Shown: positions 21,610-42,934, counted from the stretch's first letter. The stretch is 64,000 bases of DNA from the human T2T-CHM13v2.0 reference genome, Homo sapiens (GCF_009914755.1 NC_060943.1), one strand, 5' to 3'. Numbers and translations are program-made. Notes: generated by a model not told the origin, from the sequence alone.

Positions 21610-21965
21610 GGAATGATGGATGGGTGGATGGACAGATTGGTATATAAGATGATAGGTGGGTGGATGGACGGAAGAATGAATGGAAGAATGGATGGAAGAA
21701 TGGATGGATGAATGGGTGAATGGAAGAATGGGTGAGTGGGTGGGTGGGTTGGGTGGATGGATAGATGTGTGGACAGGTGGGTGAATGGGAAGTTGGTTGG
21801 ATGGCTGGAAAATGGATGGATGGGAGAAAGAACAGGGAGGTGGATGAATGGATTGATGGGTAGAAAGATGGATGGGTGATGGACGGATGGATGGATGGAT
21901 GCATGCACAATTAGAAGTTTAAATGGGTGGGTGGTGGGTGGGTGAGTGGACAGATGAGTGGATGG
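21610..21965 (+). repeat. Degenerate (TGGA)n/(TGGG)n repeat
   Basis: GGAT/GGGT/GAAT mosaic. Confidence 0.9.
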
Positions 21966-22043
21966 AGGGGAGGTTAAGAGGAACCCAGTTTTGTGGCAGG
22001 TGGTGGGGAAGTCACAACATGCCTTCCTAAATGATGCTCAAAC

Positions 22044-22062
22044 ACGCCAGTAGATGTCAGAC
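22044..22062 (+). promoter_or_regulatory. Weaker CTCF-like motif
   Basis: ACGCCAGTAGATGTCAGAC resembles the CCAGCAGATGGCAG variant. Confidence 0.3.
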
Positions 22063-22479
22063 TAACCTCAGGAAACCACCTCGGGGCCAAGCTTGCACCA
22101 CCCTGGCCCCATCCTGAAGTTCTTTGATTCAAAATGAGCAAAGGCTCATTTTAATAAAACAGTTTGCATTGCACCCTGTATTTACACACTCCCTCACCAG
22201 CACCCTCCCAACTCAAATGGCATTTATAACCCCACTTCCTCTCCTGCAAATGGAAAAATGGGGCCAGGGTGGGTGTCTGGTGAAGGGTGCTTCCCACAGG
22301 GTCAGGTCGGGAGCATCAAGAGGGTAAGAGAGTAAATTTTGGGGTCCCCTAAATTGATTAGTATCCATATCAGCCTCAGCTCCAATCAAAATAATATTTA
22401 TATTCTCATCCCACACTCCTGATGTCTGCTCAGGAATCCACCCTAGGCCTGTGCCTTTGCCAAAAAAAAAAAAAAACTT

Positions 22480-22922
22480 TTGAGGAAAAGGAAAGTAAAG
22501 GGGAAGGGGAAAGGGAAAGAGAAAAGAAGAGAGGGAAGGGAAGGGAAGGGACCCTGTCTCAAAAGGAAAGAAAGAAAAGAGAAAGAAATAAAAAGAAAGA
22601 AAGAGAGAGAGAGGGGAAGGAAGGAAGGAAAAAAGAAAAGAAGGAAGGAAGGAAAAAAGAAAAGGAAGGAAGGAGAGACCCTGTCAAAAAGAAAGGAAGG
22701 AAGGAAGGAAAGGAAGGAAGGAAGAAAGGAAAGAAGGAAAAAAGGAAGGAAGGAGGAGAGAGAGAGAAGAGAGACGCTGTCTTAAAAGGAAATAAAAGAA
22801 AGAAAAGAGGGAAAGGAGAGAGGGAGGGAAAGAAAGAGGAAGGAAGGAAGGGAGGGAGGGAGGGAAGGAAGGAAGGGAGGGAGGGAGGGAGGGAGGGAAG
22901 GAGGGAGGAAGGAAAGAAAAAA
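22480..22922 (+). repeat. GA-rich polypurine tract with embedded Alu 3'-end fragments
   Basis: GGAA/GAAA repeats; (GAG)ACCCTGTC(TC)AAAA-like motifs at ~22551, 22676 and 22771. Confidence 0.92.
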
Positions 22923-23249
22923 CCCAGTAGCTCCCCCACTGTGTGGAAAAGGATGCGTAGGGGCCGGCCTGAGACTGAACCTTCACACAAACCACCTTCA
23001 ACCCTCGAACAGCCAAGACCCCAGCTCAGGAAAGCCATTCATCCAACATTGCCCAGCAGCAACTACATGACAGAGCCAGTTCCACCCCCAGTGTCTCCCA
23101 CCAGAAGACCCACTTTTGGGGTCACTGACAAAGAGAAAGGGGGACCCAGAACCAGACTCAACTGAAGCCACCACGTACTCCCAGCCCTATCTAGGTCCCT
23201 CTCTGCCTTCACACACTTCTGTCTTCAGCCCTGAAACCCGCAGATTTCA

Positions 23250-23769
<520 letters not shown>

Positions 23770-23990
23770 TCACAGAGCCGGATGGGGGTGTCCGGGGGGC
23801 ATACGGCAACCAGTATTGATCAGTTAGCAGGGAAGGATTTTGAGATTTCAGAAGCCAGCACAGCCTTATCAATATGTTCCAGCTGCATGAATTTGCTCCC
23901 CGAAAAAGCTCGCCAAAAACATCCTAACCCCCAAGGGATCCCCGGTACAGCCGCACCGCCCCCCGATCACCACCACCCAGGCATACTCAC

Positions 23991-24184
23991 TCCCATTCTT
24001 TCCTCCTGGCCTGGGGGGTGCTGTGGATTTTGTGGGCCTGGTGGGCCAAGATGACATCTCGGTGATCCACCACGCCGCCCCGCCGCCTCAGAGGGGGGCC
24101 CTCGAAGCAGATGCTGAGCCGGGGAGGCCGAGTGTCCTGCAGGGCGCTGGGCGTGCCCCGAGCTGCGGTTGTGCAGGGCGTCAT
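23991..24184 (-). CDS. CACNA1A: Coding part of an alternative upstream exon: 65-aa N-terminal extension (MTPCTTAARG...VDHRDVILAHQAHKIHSTPQARRKEWE) of a CaV2 voltage-gated calcium channel alpha1 subunit, most likely CaV2.1; the rest of the gene lies beyond the left end of the window
   Basis: Seen: ATG at 24184 and 64 codons plus 2 nt before a consensus donor TGGGA|GTGAGT at 23991, in unique, CpG-rich, non-repeat sequence. Recalled, not searched: the HQAHKIHSTPQARRKEWE motif directly precedes MARF in extended CaV2 isoform models, and CACNA1A has ...cag|A ATG GCC CGC just before its start, so GA+A gives Glu in frame. The Alu density fits 19p13. Confidence 0.7.
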
Positions 24185-24294
24185 AGTAACTGGGGCGCGA
24201 GAGCATGGAGTCGGGGACCCAGGAAGACTTCAACATCCACGGGCCTCGCTCAGAAATCCCAGGGTCTTCTCCCTCCAGCACAGTGAGGGGGAAA
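23991..24294 (-). other. CACNA1A: Internal exon (304 nt) of a minus-strand transcript
   Basis: Acceptor TCTCTGTCTCCTCTTTCTTCTTCTAG|TTTCCC (AG at 24296-24295) and donor GGA|GTGAGT. CpG-retaining unique sequence between Alus. Confidence 0.8.
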
Positions 24295-24864
24295 CTAGAA
24301 GAAGAAAGAGGAGACAGAGAGGGCCAGTGTGAGGGAGAGGCAGACAGAGCTCACAGAGGGCAAGGAGAAGGGAACTCAGAAGACAAGGAGAGGCCGCCCC
24401 ACCCTCCTTCGCAGAAAGTCAAAATACACCCCAGCCCAGGCTGGCCGGGATTTAGTAGTTCCTTGGCAACTCAGGGCCCAGAAAGCCAGTTCTTAGGAGC
24501 TGCCCGGCAACATATGTGCCCCATGGAGCAAAACACTATGAGGCTGTGCCGCGGGCACTCGCTCCACCTCCCAGGTGCCGGCCACAGAGGGCGGGATGCT
24601 GGATTTCTCAGCATCTCTATGTCTCCTTCTGCAAAATGAGCCACCATGGGCCTGGGGGTTGGCTCTCCCTCAGTCCCTTGGTCCTGTGAGCTCTGGAAAG
24701 CTGAAAGGGTGAGTTCAAGAGGCAGTTTTAAACGCACGTGGAAGGCCGGGTGCAGTGGCTCCCGCAGGTAATCCTAGCACTTTGGGAGGCAGAGGTGGCC
24801 AGATCACCTGAGGTGAGGGGTTCGAGACCAGCCTGGCCAACATGGTGAAGCCCTGTCTCTACTA

Positions 24865-25113
<249 letters not shown>

Positions 25114-25454
25114 TCACCAGGTTCTCTGTTTTTTTAACTTCATTTTTATTTTTTTTTAGAGATGGGGTCTTGCTATATTGCCCAGGCTGGTCTGGAACTG
25201 CTGGGCTCTAGCAATCCTCCTGCCTCAGCCTCCCTCTTGAGGAGCTGGAATGACAGGTGCACGCCACCACACCAGGTTACGGCTCTTTGGTTTGTTTGTT
25301 TGTTTGTTTGTTTGAGATGGAGTCTTACTCTGTTGCCCAGGCTGGAGTTGTGGTGTGATCTTGGCTCACTGCAACCTCCACCTCCCGGGTTCAAGCAATG
25401 CTCCTGAGTAGCTGGGACTACAGGCGTGCGCCACCATGCCCAGCTAACTTTTAA

Positions 25455-25715
<261 letters not shown>

Positions 25716-25935
25716 TAATCATTCAACAAACTCTGAGCGACCACCCAATTTGTGCCTGGCCCTGTGCTAGGTCCTGGGGACGCAGCCATGAATAAGACTG
25801 GCAAATGTCCCCACCCTCATGGAGAAGGCATTCTAGGAGGGAGACAGACAAGGAACAAAATAAGTGGGTACATTATATAGAGATTAGGAGTTGAAAAGTG
25901 CTGGGAAGGGCCAAAGGACCAGGTGTGGTGGCTCA

Positions 25936-26307
<372 letters not shown>

Positions 26308-26332
26308 TCAGGAGATCGAGACTATCTGGCTA

Positions 26333-26859
<527 letters not shown>

Positions 26860-27185
26860 TAATCTCTTCTTATAAGAACACGAGTAATATTGAATTAGGG
26901 CTACTCATCTGACCTCCTTTTACCTTAATTACCTTTGTAAAGGTCCTGTCTCCATATACAGCCCCATTCTGAGATACTGGAGTTTAGACTTCAACATATG
27001 AATTTGGGAAGACACCATTCAGTCCTTAACAAAGAAGGGTAAGGTGTGTAGGCTGGCTGCCTACACCAGCTCATGCCTGTAATCCCAGCACTTGGGAGGC
27101 CAAGGCAGGAGGATCACTTGAGGCCAGGAATTCAAGACCAGCCTGGGCAACATAACAAGACCCTGCCTCTACAAATAATGTTTTA

Positions 27186-27700
<515 letters not shown>

Positions 27701-28459
27701 TGAGTTAGCCAGGATGGTCTCGATCTCCTGACCTCGTGATCCGCCCGCCTCGGCCTCCCAAAGTGCTGGGATTACAGGCGTGAGCCACCGCACCCGGCCC
27801 GACTGGTGACTTCATTAAATAGGGGTGCAGAGACAGCCTCACTGAGGAGGTGACATCTGAGAGAGGCCTGAGGGAGGTGAGGAGCCACATGGGTATCTGA
27901 GAGAAGAGCTTTCCAGGCAGAAGGAACAGCACATGCAAGGGTCTTGAGGCAGGACTGTGTGTCTCAAGGAACAAAGAAGAGGCCCGTGTGGCTGTGGGTG
28001 ACGTGGTCCGTGGCTTTTGGAATCTACACCTCACCCAAAAGCATATTTCCAGTCCCAGACTGATTTTTCCCACCTGAGTCAGCCCCTACAACTAGCCTCT
28101 CAGTGTCTGTCCAAGAAAAGCGTATCTGCTGGGAGGCTGGCATGAATGAAATAGAATTAGGCCATGCACAGTGGCTCATGTCTGTAATCACAACAGTTTG
28201 GGAGGCCGAGGGAGGAGGATTGCTTCAGCCCGGAAGTTTGAGACCAGCCTGAGCAACATAGCAAGACCCTGTCTCTAAAAACAAAAACAACAAAAATAAA
28301 CTTTGTTTAAAGAAATTAGCCAGGTGGCATGTACCTGTAGTCCTAGACACTCGAAAGGCATAGATGGGAGGAAACCTTGAGCCCAGGAGTTCGAGGCTGC
28401 GGTGAATTATTATTGCACCACTGCATTCCAGCCTGGGCTACAGATAGCCTACCTTGTTA

Positions 28460-29535
<1,076 letters not shown>

Positions 29536-30225
29536 AAATTAAGAAGCTCAACCCTATACAGAAACATTTCACAAGTCACTTCAACACCCACAGGTATAAG
29601 TAGGTGGTGCACAGAATGAGGCTGCCCCCAGATTGCAAAGAACCAATTGAAGGAAGGAAGGAGGGAAGAATTATCTCCATTCCATTTCCTCTCACCCTGC
29701 TTTAAGCATGCAAAGAAATGAGAACTCTCCCAGCCTCTCCTAAGCAGATCAACTCACTATCAGCTTAGCAAATGCAGTTACCTTCCGGTTTCTTTCGAAA
29801 TCCTATAACTAATGGAGTTTAATAGATCTATCCTTCATGACGCTTTTAAGCTTCAATTTACTCCAGTGAAACCTCACTCTTAATTGCCCACGATTGTGCA
29901 TTTATAGTCTTTTGTGTTTTGCCAAATACTTTCCCATTGTGCTGAAAAAGAAATCTGCTTTCCTTTTATAACCACTTCTGCACGGATGCCATTCTTCTTC
30001 CCATTTCACAGAAATAAAACTGAAAACAAGAGGTAGATTCAAGTGTGTTCCAGCTACAAGGTTTTATTTCACCCCTCCCCAAAAATATTCTTCCTGCACA
30101 TATATTTTTTTTTCTTTTTCTTTTTCTTTTTTTTTTAAGAGGCAGGGTCTTGCTCTGTCGCCCAGATTGGAGCACAGTGGCACCATCATAACTCACAGCA
30201 CCCTTGAAGTCCTGGGCTCAAGTGA

Positions 30226-30426
<201 letters not shown>

Positions 30427-31521
30427 TAAAGAAAGAAAAAATCGGCTGGGTGCAGTGGCTCACGCCTGTTATCCAGCACTTTGGGAGGCCGAGGCAGGTG
30501 GGTCACTTGAGGTCAGCGGTTTGAGACCAATCTGACCAACCTGGTGAAACCCCATCTCTACTAAAAATACAAAAATTAGCCGGGTGTGGTGGTACACATC
30601 CGTAGTCCCAGCTACGTGGGAGGCTGAGTCAGGAGAATCGCTTGAACCTGGGAGGCGAGGTTGCAGTGGGTGGAGATTGTGCCACTGCACTTCAGCCTGG
30701 GTGACAAAAAAAAAGAGAAAGAATCCAGTTTACAGGTTGGGTGAGCTGTGTAGTACCTACACATTAACTAAAATCCCAGAAACCAGACACAGTGCAAGAA
30801 CTTTGACGGCAAAAATTCTGAACAAGCCAGGCTCTGTGGCTCTCACTTGTGGTCCCAGCTACTAAGGAGGCTGAGACGGGAGGATCAGCCCAGGAGGTCG
30901 AGGTTGTAGTGAGCAATGATCACGCTACTGTACTCCAGCCTGGGTGACAGAGTAAGGCTCTATCTCTGAAGATTAATTAATTAATTAAGTTCTGAAAGCA
31001 GAAGGAGTGTTTCTACCTGGGAAAGTAGGAAGCAGATCAGGAAGTCAAAACCTAAAGCTAATATCCCAGGTGACATCTTTGGAGACGTGCACCTGCTTAT
31101 CCCACAGCCTGACATGGGATGCTCAATTTCCCTCTCTGGTGCTATAGCACATAGCTCCCATCCTCCCCCATCCCATTACAGGCTTCCAAATTCACCCTGA
31201 TACCCAAGCCAGAAATTGAGTTGTCAATCCTGGCTTCTCGCTTCCCTTAACTCCAGGCATCAAATCCATCCGCAGGTACCATCTACTCACCTCCAAAATA
31301 TATCCTGAGGGCTGGACGTGGGGGCTCATGCCTATAATCTCAACACTTTGGGAGGCTAAGGCAGGAGCACCTTTTAAGCCCAGGAGCTCAACTGAACAAC
31401 ATAGCGAACAACACAGTGAGACCCTGTCTGCAAAAAAGAATTTTTTTAAATCAGCCAAACGTGGTGGCATGCAATGGCAACAGTAATCCCAGCTACTCAG
31501 AAGGCTGAGGCAGGAGGATCA

Positions 31522-31782
<261 letters not shown>

Positions 31783-31793
31783 TCAGCTACTCA

Positions 31794-32312
<519 letters not shown>

Positions 32313-33608
32313 TCAATCATTTGGACTGGGGCTGCCTTCTTCCCTACTCCCACTCCCAATCCATTCCCTCCTCTGCAGTCAGTGCAGTCTTTCTAAAATG
32401 TCAATCAGGCCAGGTACAGTGGCTCACATCTGTAATCCTAGCACTTTGGTAGGCCCAGGTGGGCAGATCACCTGAGGTCAGGGGTTCAAGACCAGCCTGG
32501 CCAACATGGCAGAACCCTGTCTCTACTAAAAACACAAAAATTAGCCGGGCTTGGTGGCACTTGCCTGTAATCCCAGCGAGAGGCTGAGGCAGAATTGCTT
32601 GAACCCAGGAGGCAGAGGTTGCAGTGAGCTGAGATCACGCCACTACACTCCAGCCTGAGCAACAGAGTGAGACTCCATCTCAAAAAATAATAATAATAAA
32701 AAATAAAAATAAAAAATGTCAATCAGCACATTTGCTTTTGCTGGAATAAAAGCCGCATCCTCCCAGGCTGCCTCATCCCTGTGACTTTGTCCCCTCCCCT
32801 TCTCCCTGTTGCACTTTTAGCCCCAGAATCACTGGCCTTGTCCCTGTTTCTGGGCTGTGTCAAGCTCATTCCACCTTCGCACCTGCTGTTCCCTCTTCCT
32901 GGAATGCTTTTCCCCTAGTCTCGGACAAGCCAGCTTCCTGTCGTCATGCAAGGCTGTGATCAGATGCCAACTTGCAGAACCATCCACCCAAAGCACCACC
33001 CCCAGCAGGCGTTCTCATCACGCTCGCCTGTGAGGTCTTCCTTAAGGTGTTTGTTGCTCCCTGAGACCAGTACGTACATGCGGGCTTCTATAACATCCAC
33101 CTCCCTGATAGGATCTCAGCTGAATTTGAACAAGGATCTTGGCCTGTCTCATTTGCCATTGAGTCTCCAATACCTTCACTATTTCTTGCCTGAATGAATG
33201 AATAAATGAATGAATGAATATTCTTAGGAATGAGTCTACCCAGGAAAATGTCATTAAGCCCCTTCCAAACCACCACCAGGGGTCTGTGACTTTTCAATTT
33301 TATGTATTTATTTTTTAATATTATTATTATTATTATGATTTTGAGACAGAGTCTCACTCTGTCGTCCAGGCTGCAGTGCAGTGGTGTGATCTCGGCTCAC
33401 TGCAACCTCTGCCTCCTGGATTCAAGTGATTCTCCTACCTCTGCCTCCTGAGTAGCTGGGATTACAGGTGCCCACCACCATGCCCAGCTAATTTTTGTAC
33501 TTTTAGTACAGACGGGGTTTCGCCATGTTGGCCAGACTGGTCTCGATCTCCTGACCTCAGGTGATCCTCCCACCTCAGCTTCCCAAAGTGCTGGGATTAC
33601 AGGCATGA

Positions 33609-33908
<300 letters not shown>

Positions 33909-34736
33909 TGAGCCACTGTGCCCAGCCTGGGATGTTTTTCTAAGCAGGGAAGGGATAAAGTATGCGGGAAATAAGGCATATTCTGGAGGAAGGTCTAACC
34001 TCTTCACACAACAATGAACCGTGGGGTCCCAGGAAAATTGCCTAAGCCTCTGAGTCTCTGCTTTCTCCTCCACAACGTGGGGATCATGGCAAGTACTTCA
34101 GAAAGCCGTTGTCATGAAGGGTTATCAGGCTCCTCCATGAGAAGTCAATGCAACGAACACAGCGCTGGGCCACAGAAAGTGCTAGGTCCACACCTAGTCT
34201 AGTGTTAACCTGGGGCAGGTGGGCAGAGTGGGGCATCTGCAGGAAAGGGGGACAGCCACTCCAGCTACATCACCAAGGACGCTTTGCAGAGCACTCGTGA
34301 GCAGTTCCAACGGAGCCCCAGCTGTCCTGTGTGTACACACGAGAAACAAACACATTTCCAGCCAGGGGTCGCTCCCTCCCCAGCCAGGTGCCTGCGCCTG
34401 GCACCTGCGGGGGCCCCATGACCAAATGTGCTGTCCTCTCTCTCTCTCTCTCTCTGTTTGCCCAACCTCAGCACGGAGGAAGTGGCAAAGTACGTGGGCT
34501 TGGCTTCACTGAGAATCAGCAGGGTTCCACCAACAGACAGCACCAAAGAGAAGACAATAGAAAAAGTAAACAGAAGAAAATAAACAACACGAAGCCTGAG
34601 GCCACAGAAAGCCTCATTGTTAATGGAATAACAATCACAGCACCTGCCTGATACGCCAGGTATCGGTGGTCCCCACCACTTTCCCACACCTGAAACAGGA
34701 GCTGAGCCCTCCGCTGCCAAGCCTGGACTGGCCTGA

Positions 34737-34750
34737 ATTGCCATGGCAAC
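34737..34750. promoter_or_regulatory. RFX X-box (palindromic)
   Basis: ATTGCCATGGCAAC, 13/14 match to GTTGCCATGGCAAC, in a ~1-kb Alu-free stretch with several CACCTG E-boxes. Confidence 0.6.
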
Positions 34751-34971
34751 CGGATGGCACCTGGAGATGCTCCTGATTCACACAGCCTGGTCCAGGAGCT
34801 CTAGGGGAAGAGACAGAGAGGGAGGGACCACAGGGAAGTCTGGGGGTGCTTTCTGTGACCCTCCTACATGGACAGAAACATTTACATGTTTCTGTGACAG
34901 ACACCAGGCTTCGCCACCCACAAATGAAAGAAGTGGTCACAACTGGTAAAAATGAGTAAAAGATACACCAC

Positions 34972-35004
<33 letters not shown>

Positions 35005-35839
35005 TTTTTTGAGACAGAGTCTCACTCTGTTGCCCAGGCTGGAGTGCAGTGACTCACTGCAACCTCCGCCCATCCAGGTTTAAGCAATTCTCTGCCTCAG
35101 CCTCCGGAGTAGCTGGGATTACAGGCACATGCCACCATGCCCGGCTAATTTTTTTGTATTTTTAGTGGAGACGGGGTTTCACCATCTTGGCCAGGCTGGT
35201 CTTGAACTCCTGACCTCATGATCCACCCACCTCGGCCTCCCAAAGTGCCGGGATTACAGGCGTGAGCCACCGTGCCCGGCCCCTTAATTTTTAAAAGTAG
35301 AGGAAAAACATTCTCTGAAACTTTGCGGGTTCATCATACACATTGGAAAAGCATGTGATGCTGGAGCCAGGCATCATGGTGTGTGCCTGTAGTCCTAGCT
35401 ACTCGGGAGGCTGAGGCCAGAGGACCACTTGAGCCCAGGAGGTCAAGGCTGCAGTGAGCTATGATTGCACCACTGCGCTTTTGCTGGGGTGACAGAGTGA
35501 GACCCTGACTCTTAAAAAAAAGAAAAAAAAGGAAGAGGAAAGATGCTCCTTGGAAGGAGATGGGAGCTCAGGAAGCCCCAATATGTCCTTTGTCTAAAGA
35601 ATTCAATATAGAGCCAGGGAGGGGCTGGACTGTAATCTTACAAGCTCTTCTTTTATTCTCTGGTGTGGGAAAATGTCTTTTTCCACCCATCTTGGAGGAA
35701 AATTTAAAAACTAAAAATGAGAGGCCAAGGTGGGAGAATCACTTGAGCCGGGGAAGTTGAGGCTGCAGTGAGCTGTGATCTCACCTCTGCACTCCAGCCT
35801 GGGTGACAGAGCAAGGCCCTGTCTCTTAAAATAAAGTAC

Positions 35840-36530
<691 letters not shown>

Positions 36531-37240
36531 CAGTTACATACATGTAGAATAATTTTTTACAAACATGGAATTTGTGAGATTATATATGTGTATATACATA
36601 CATACATATATATTAAAAGTCTACAACTTTTTTATACTTAGTAATATGTCTTAGATAACATTCCACATCAGTTCCTATAGGAATGTTTCTTACAAATATT
36701 CCACATCAGTTCCTGTAGTTTATTTTTATGTTGTTTTGAGATGGGGTCTTGCTACGTCACCCAGGCTGGGGTACAGTGGCACGATCATAGCTCACTGCAG
36801 CCTCAACCTCCTAGGGCTCAAGCAATCCTCCTGCCTCAGCCTCCCAAGTAGCTGAGATTACAGGCACACACCACCATACCCAGCTTCCGATAGTATTTTT
36901 CAATGACTCCATCAAATTTATCTGGTCTGGACCTCTGGGTCTTTCTGATTTCTTGCTATTCCCCAGAATGTTGCAGCCAACGTCCTGCATTGTAGATCTT
37001 CAGGTTCTGCTACAAATATCTCTGCAGAATAAATCCCCAGAGGTGGAATTGCTCTGTCAAAGAGTGTAAGACTGGGCGAGGTGGCTCACACCTGTAATCC
37101 CAGCACTTCGTGGGGTTTGCCTTCGAGTGGAATATACGCAGGTGTGGAGTCCTGGTTGAGAGCACAGAAGTGTTCCTTTAAAAGCAGCTTAAACACTTTG
37201 GGAGGCCGAGGCAGGCAGATCACTTGGGACCAGGATTTCA

Positions 37241-37444
<204 letters not shown>

Positions 37445-38090
37445 TTAAAAAAATTTTTTTAATAAATATATTTTTAAAAAGCAGCTTAAAAACAACATCT
37501 ATGTTTGAAATCACATCTCCTCCCCTCCTCTCTCTTGTTCTCTCTCTCTCTCGCTCTCTCTCTGGCCTTGATCCTCTTTCTTTCACTTGTCATTTGATCC
37601 TGTCTTTCTCTGTGTGCTAAGAGCTCCATCAATAAAACACCTTAATCCAGCCCTGGACAAAACTAGGGTTGCTAAGACCCAGGGGCATGATCTTCCCTCC
37701 CAAGTTCTAGGCTAGAGAGTGTGAAATTCAGCAGACCGTGGATTCTAACAGCTACTAAGGAGGCGCTGGGATGAAGATCATCTAAATGTCATTTGTAATC
37801 GACCTTCAGATGCATTTGTCACCTTCCGGATGATGTTTTATTTGGCTGATAGTAAAAGCGGTTTCCAGGCCCTGAACAAACACTCTCCATGGTAGGCAGC
37901 CAGGTGTGGAGCAACTGCTAAGGATCTTCCTAGAATTGAAAACTCAGAACCAGGGAACAACCCAAATGTGCGTCGATGGCAGGATGGATAAACAAAGAGA
38001 TGTGGCACGGTGGCTCACGTCTGCAATCCCAGCACGTTGGGAGACCGAGGTGGGTGGATCACCTGAGGTCAGGCGTTCGAGACCAGCCTA

Positions 38091-38279
<189 letters not shown>

Positions 38280-38535
38280 TCAAAAAAAAAAAAAAAAAAA
38301 AAAAAGATGTGGGTGGTGCACACGCACAATGAGAAGTTATTCAGGCTTAGAGAGGGAGGAAATTCTGGCCGGGCGTGGTGGTTCATGCCTGTGATCCCAG
38401 CATGTTGGGAGACCAAGGCGGACAGATCACTTGAGGTCAGGAGTTCGAGACCAGCCTGGCCAACGTGGTGAAACCCCGTCTCTACTAAAAATACAAAAAT
38501 TAGTCAGGCGTGGTGGCGCGTAGCCTGTAATCTCA

Positions 38536-40035
<1,500 letters not shown>

Positions 40036-41427
40036 TATACAAGGGTGTTTATGCTCCTTCTGGCCACAACCAGAAGCTTCCCCATCTCGGGCAGGGTGGA
40101 CCCCCTCCCCCCTATCTTTGCATAGACAAGCAACCAGCAAGATGAAAGAAAAAGTAAAGCTGGGGCCAAGAAGAGCTCTCATCACTTGGGGCAAAACTCC
40201 AGAACTGCCCCACATACGTGAGAACAAAGCTAAATAAAACGCCAGGCCAGATGGCCAAGGTTGAACGCAAGCTGAGACCAGCAAGCCAGCATAGCCCCAA
40301 GTGTGGCTGCAAGTGTTCATCCCCTGGTGAGAATAAACCATGTCACAGCTGGTCTCGTGTTCCACCCACTTTTTTCTTCACCAGCTGGACGGTGTGATCA
40401 TGGTGCGGTGAGATAAACACGCACCCTCCCACAGAGATGAACAGATCACCCGGGATTGCTGGATGGTTGGGCAGCCCCAGGACACTGAGTGAGGCTGCAG
40501 GACGGGGGAAGGAGGGGAGGAGACCCCCAGGGGTACAGGCTGTTGGGCTGAATCTCAGGCTAAATTCTTCCTCCCAACTTCACTTCGTGGCTCTGTTATC
40601 CTCCCCATCACTCATGCATCCATTCATCATTCATTCATTCATCCAGCAATATTTATTGAGCACCTACTGTATTCCAGGCACTGTTCTCAACACTGAGGAC
40701 TAAGACATGAATAACACAGACAAAAGTCCCTCCTGGAGCTGGCGTTCTAATAAAGGAGATGAACAAGAAACAGGAAAAGCTCCTGAAATAGACAGAATGT
40801 CAGATAGAGAAAAGAAAACGGTAGAGGAGGAGGGGGAAGGGGAAGCTGACTGTCATTTAGGTAAAGTGGCCAGAATGGCCTCACTGAGAAAGAAATATTT
40901 GAGTAAAGACCTGAAGGGAGATGAGGATGAGGGAGGATGCATGAGGGTGTCTGTGGGAAGAGCATTCCAAGGCAGAGGAAAAGGCCCTTGCAAAGGCGCT
41001 ATGGCTGGCCGTGTGGCTGATGTGTTCAAGGAACGGCACAGAGGCCAGTGTGGCTGGAGCAGAGTGAGTGAGGGGGCCAGAAGGTGAGGGCAGGGAGGTA
41101 ACGGGGCCAGGAGGTAAGGGCAGGGAGATAAGGGGAACAGATGGTACAGGGTCTTGTGGGCCATAGGGAGAACTTTGGCTTTTGCTCTGCATGAGGTGGG
41201 AGCTATGAAAGGATCTAAGGAGATGAGGGATGTGGCCTGACTCAGGTATTCATGGGAGCCCTCTGGAGGTCACATTTGCAAGAAACCCCAAATGCAGTGG
41301 AATCAATCACCCCAGACATTGTGGGGTTCCTTCCTTCTCTCTTTCCTTCACTTCCACATTCTACTCATCATCAGAGCTGATGACTCCGCCTTGTCCTTCC
41401 CCTCCCACTTGCCGTAGGCCACATTCA

Positions 41428-41875
<448 letters not shown>

Positions 41876-42934
41876 TCATCCATTAGCCAATCCCGTAGAG
41901 ACTCTTTCCACAACCAGCTGAATAAAGTGTGAGTCCTTTCGCCAGCCCCATATATGTGCCACGATGTAGCCCCAGAATTCCTTCCATCCTCACTTCTCAC
42001 TACATGAAGCTGATGCTCTGAGACAATCCTGACCACACCTCTGACTTTCACCACCCTGAATACCTTTCCCTCTCCTCATCCCCAAGGTCCAGCTCAAAAT
42101 ACATTTCTGCTTCACAAGCCTCTTCTAGAAAATCCTACCAGTGCCCACACCTCCTGTCTGCCCATGGCTCCCTGCCCCTAGCACCTGCCGCTCCCGACCT
42201 GGGGCTCCTCTGGCCGCAGGAGTGAAGCCCATCTGCAGGGGACAGGTCACAGGTGCTACCCCTGGAATATTCCTCAACCAATGGCTGCTGCCAGGAGTTG
42301 GTAGAGAAATATCCCCATCTTTGCAACCAGACTGCTTGGGCTTGGATTCAGGATCAGCTGCCTCCTGCTATGTGACCTTGGGTAAATCGCTCCACCTCTC
42401 TGGGCCAGTTTCCTCATCTGTAAAATGGGGATAATAAAAACACATCCTTCACAGTGTCATTGTGAGGATGAAATAACTTAATTCTATGCAGCATGCCCAG
42501 GACAGTGTCCCACACATGGTAAGCCCCAATATGAGTGTTTGCTACTGTTATTACTGTGTTTACAATGATAGTTTCATTCTCTGTTGAATCCTCAAAGCCT
42601 AGCACAGTGCCTGGCCAACAGGAAGAACTCAATAAATAATTGCTGAAAGGCAGATTGCCAGGTGCGGTGGCTCACCTCTGTAATCCCAGCAATTTGGGAG
42701 GCTGAAGCCAGAGGATTGCTTGAGGCCAGGAGTTTAAGACCAGCCTGGGCGACATAGGGAGACCCCCTATCTCAACAACAACAACAAAATAATAAATTAG
42801 CCAGGTGCAGTGGTACACACCTGTAGTCCCAGCTACGAGGGAGACCGAAGTAGAAGGTTCACTTGAGCCCTGGAGGTTGAGGCTGCAGTGAGCTATGATC
42901 AAGCCATTGCATTCCAGCCTGGGTGACAGAGCCA

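Noticed and set aside
22422-23165. 247-aa K/E/R/G-rich ORF, and similar ORFs at 28845-29612, 43038-43637 and 57666-58324
   Set aside because: Stop-free polypurine or polypyrimidine tracts, with no splice or codon evidence.
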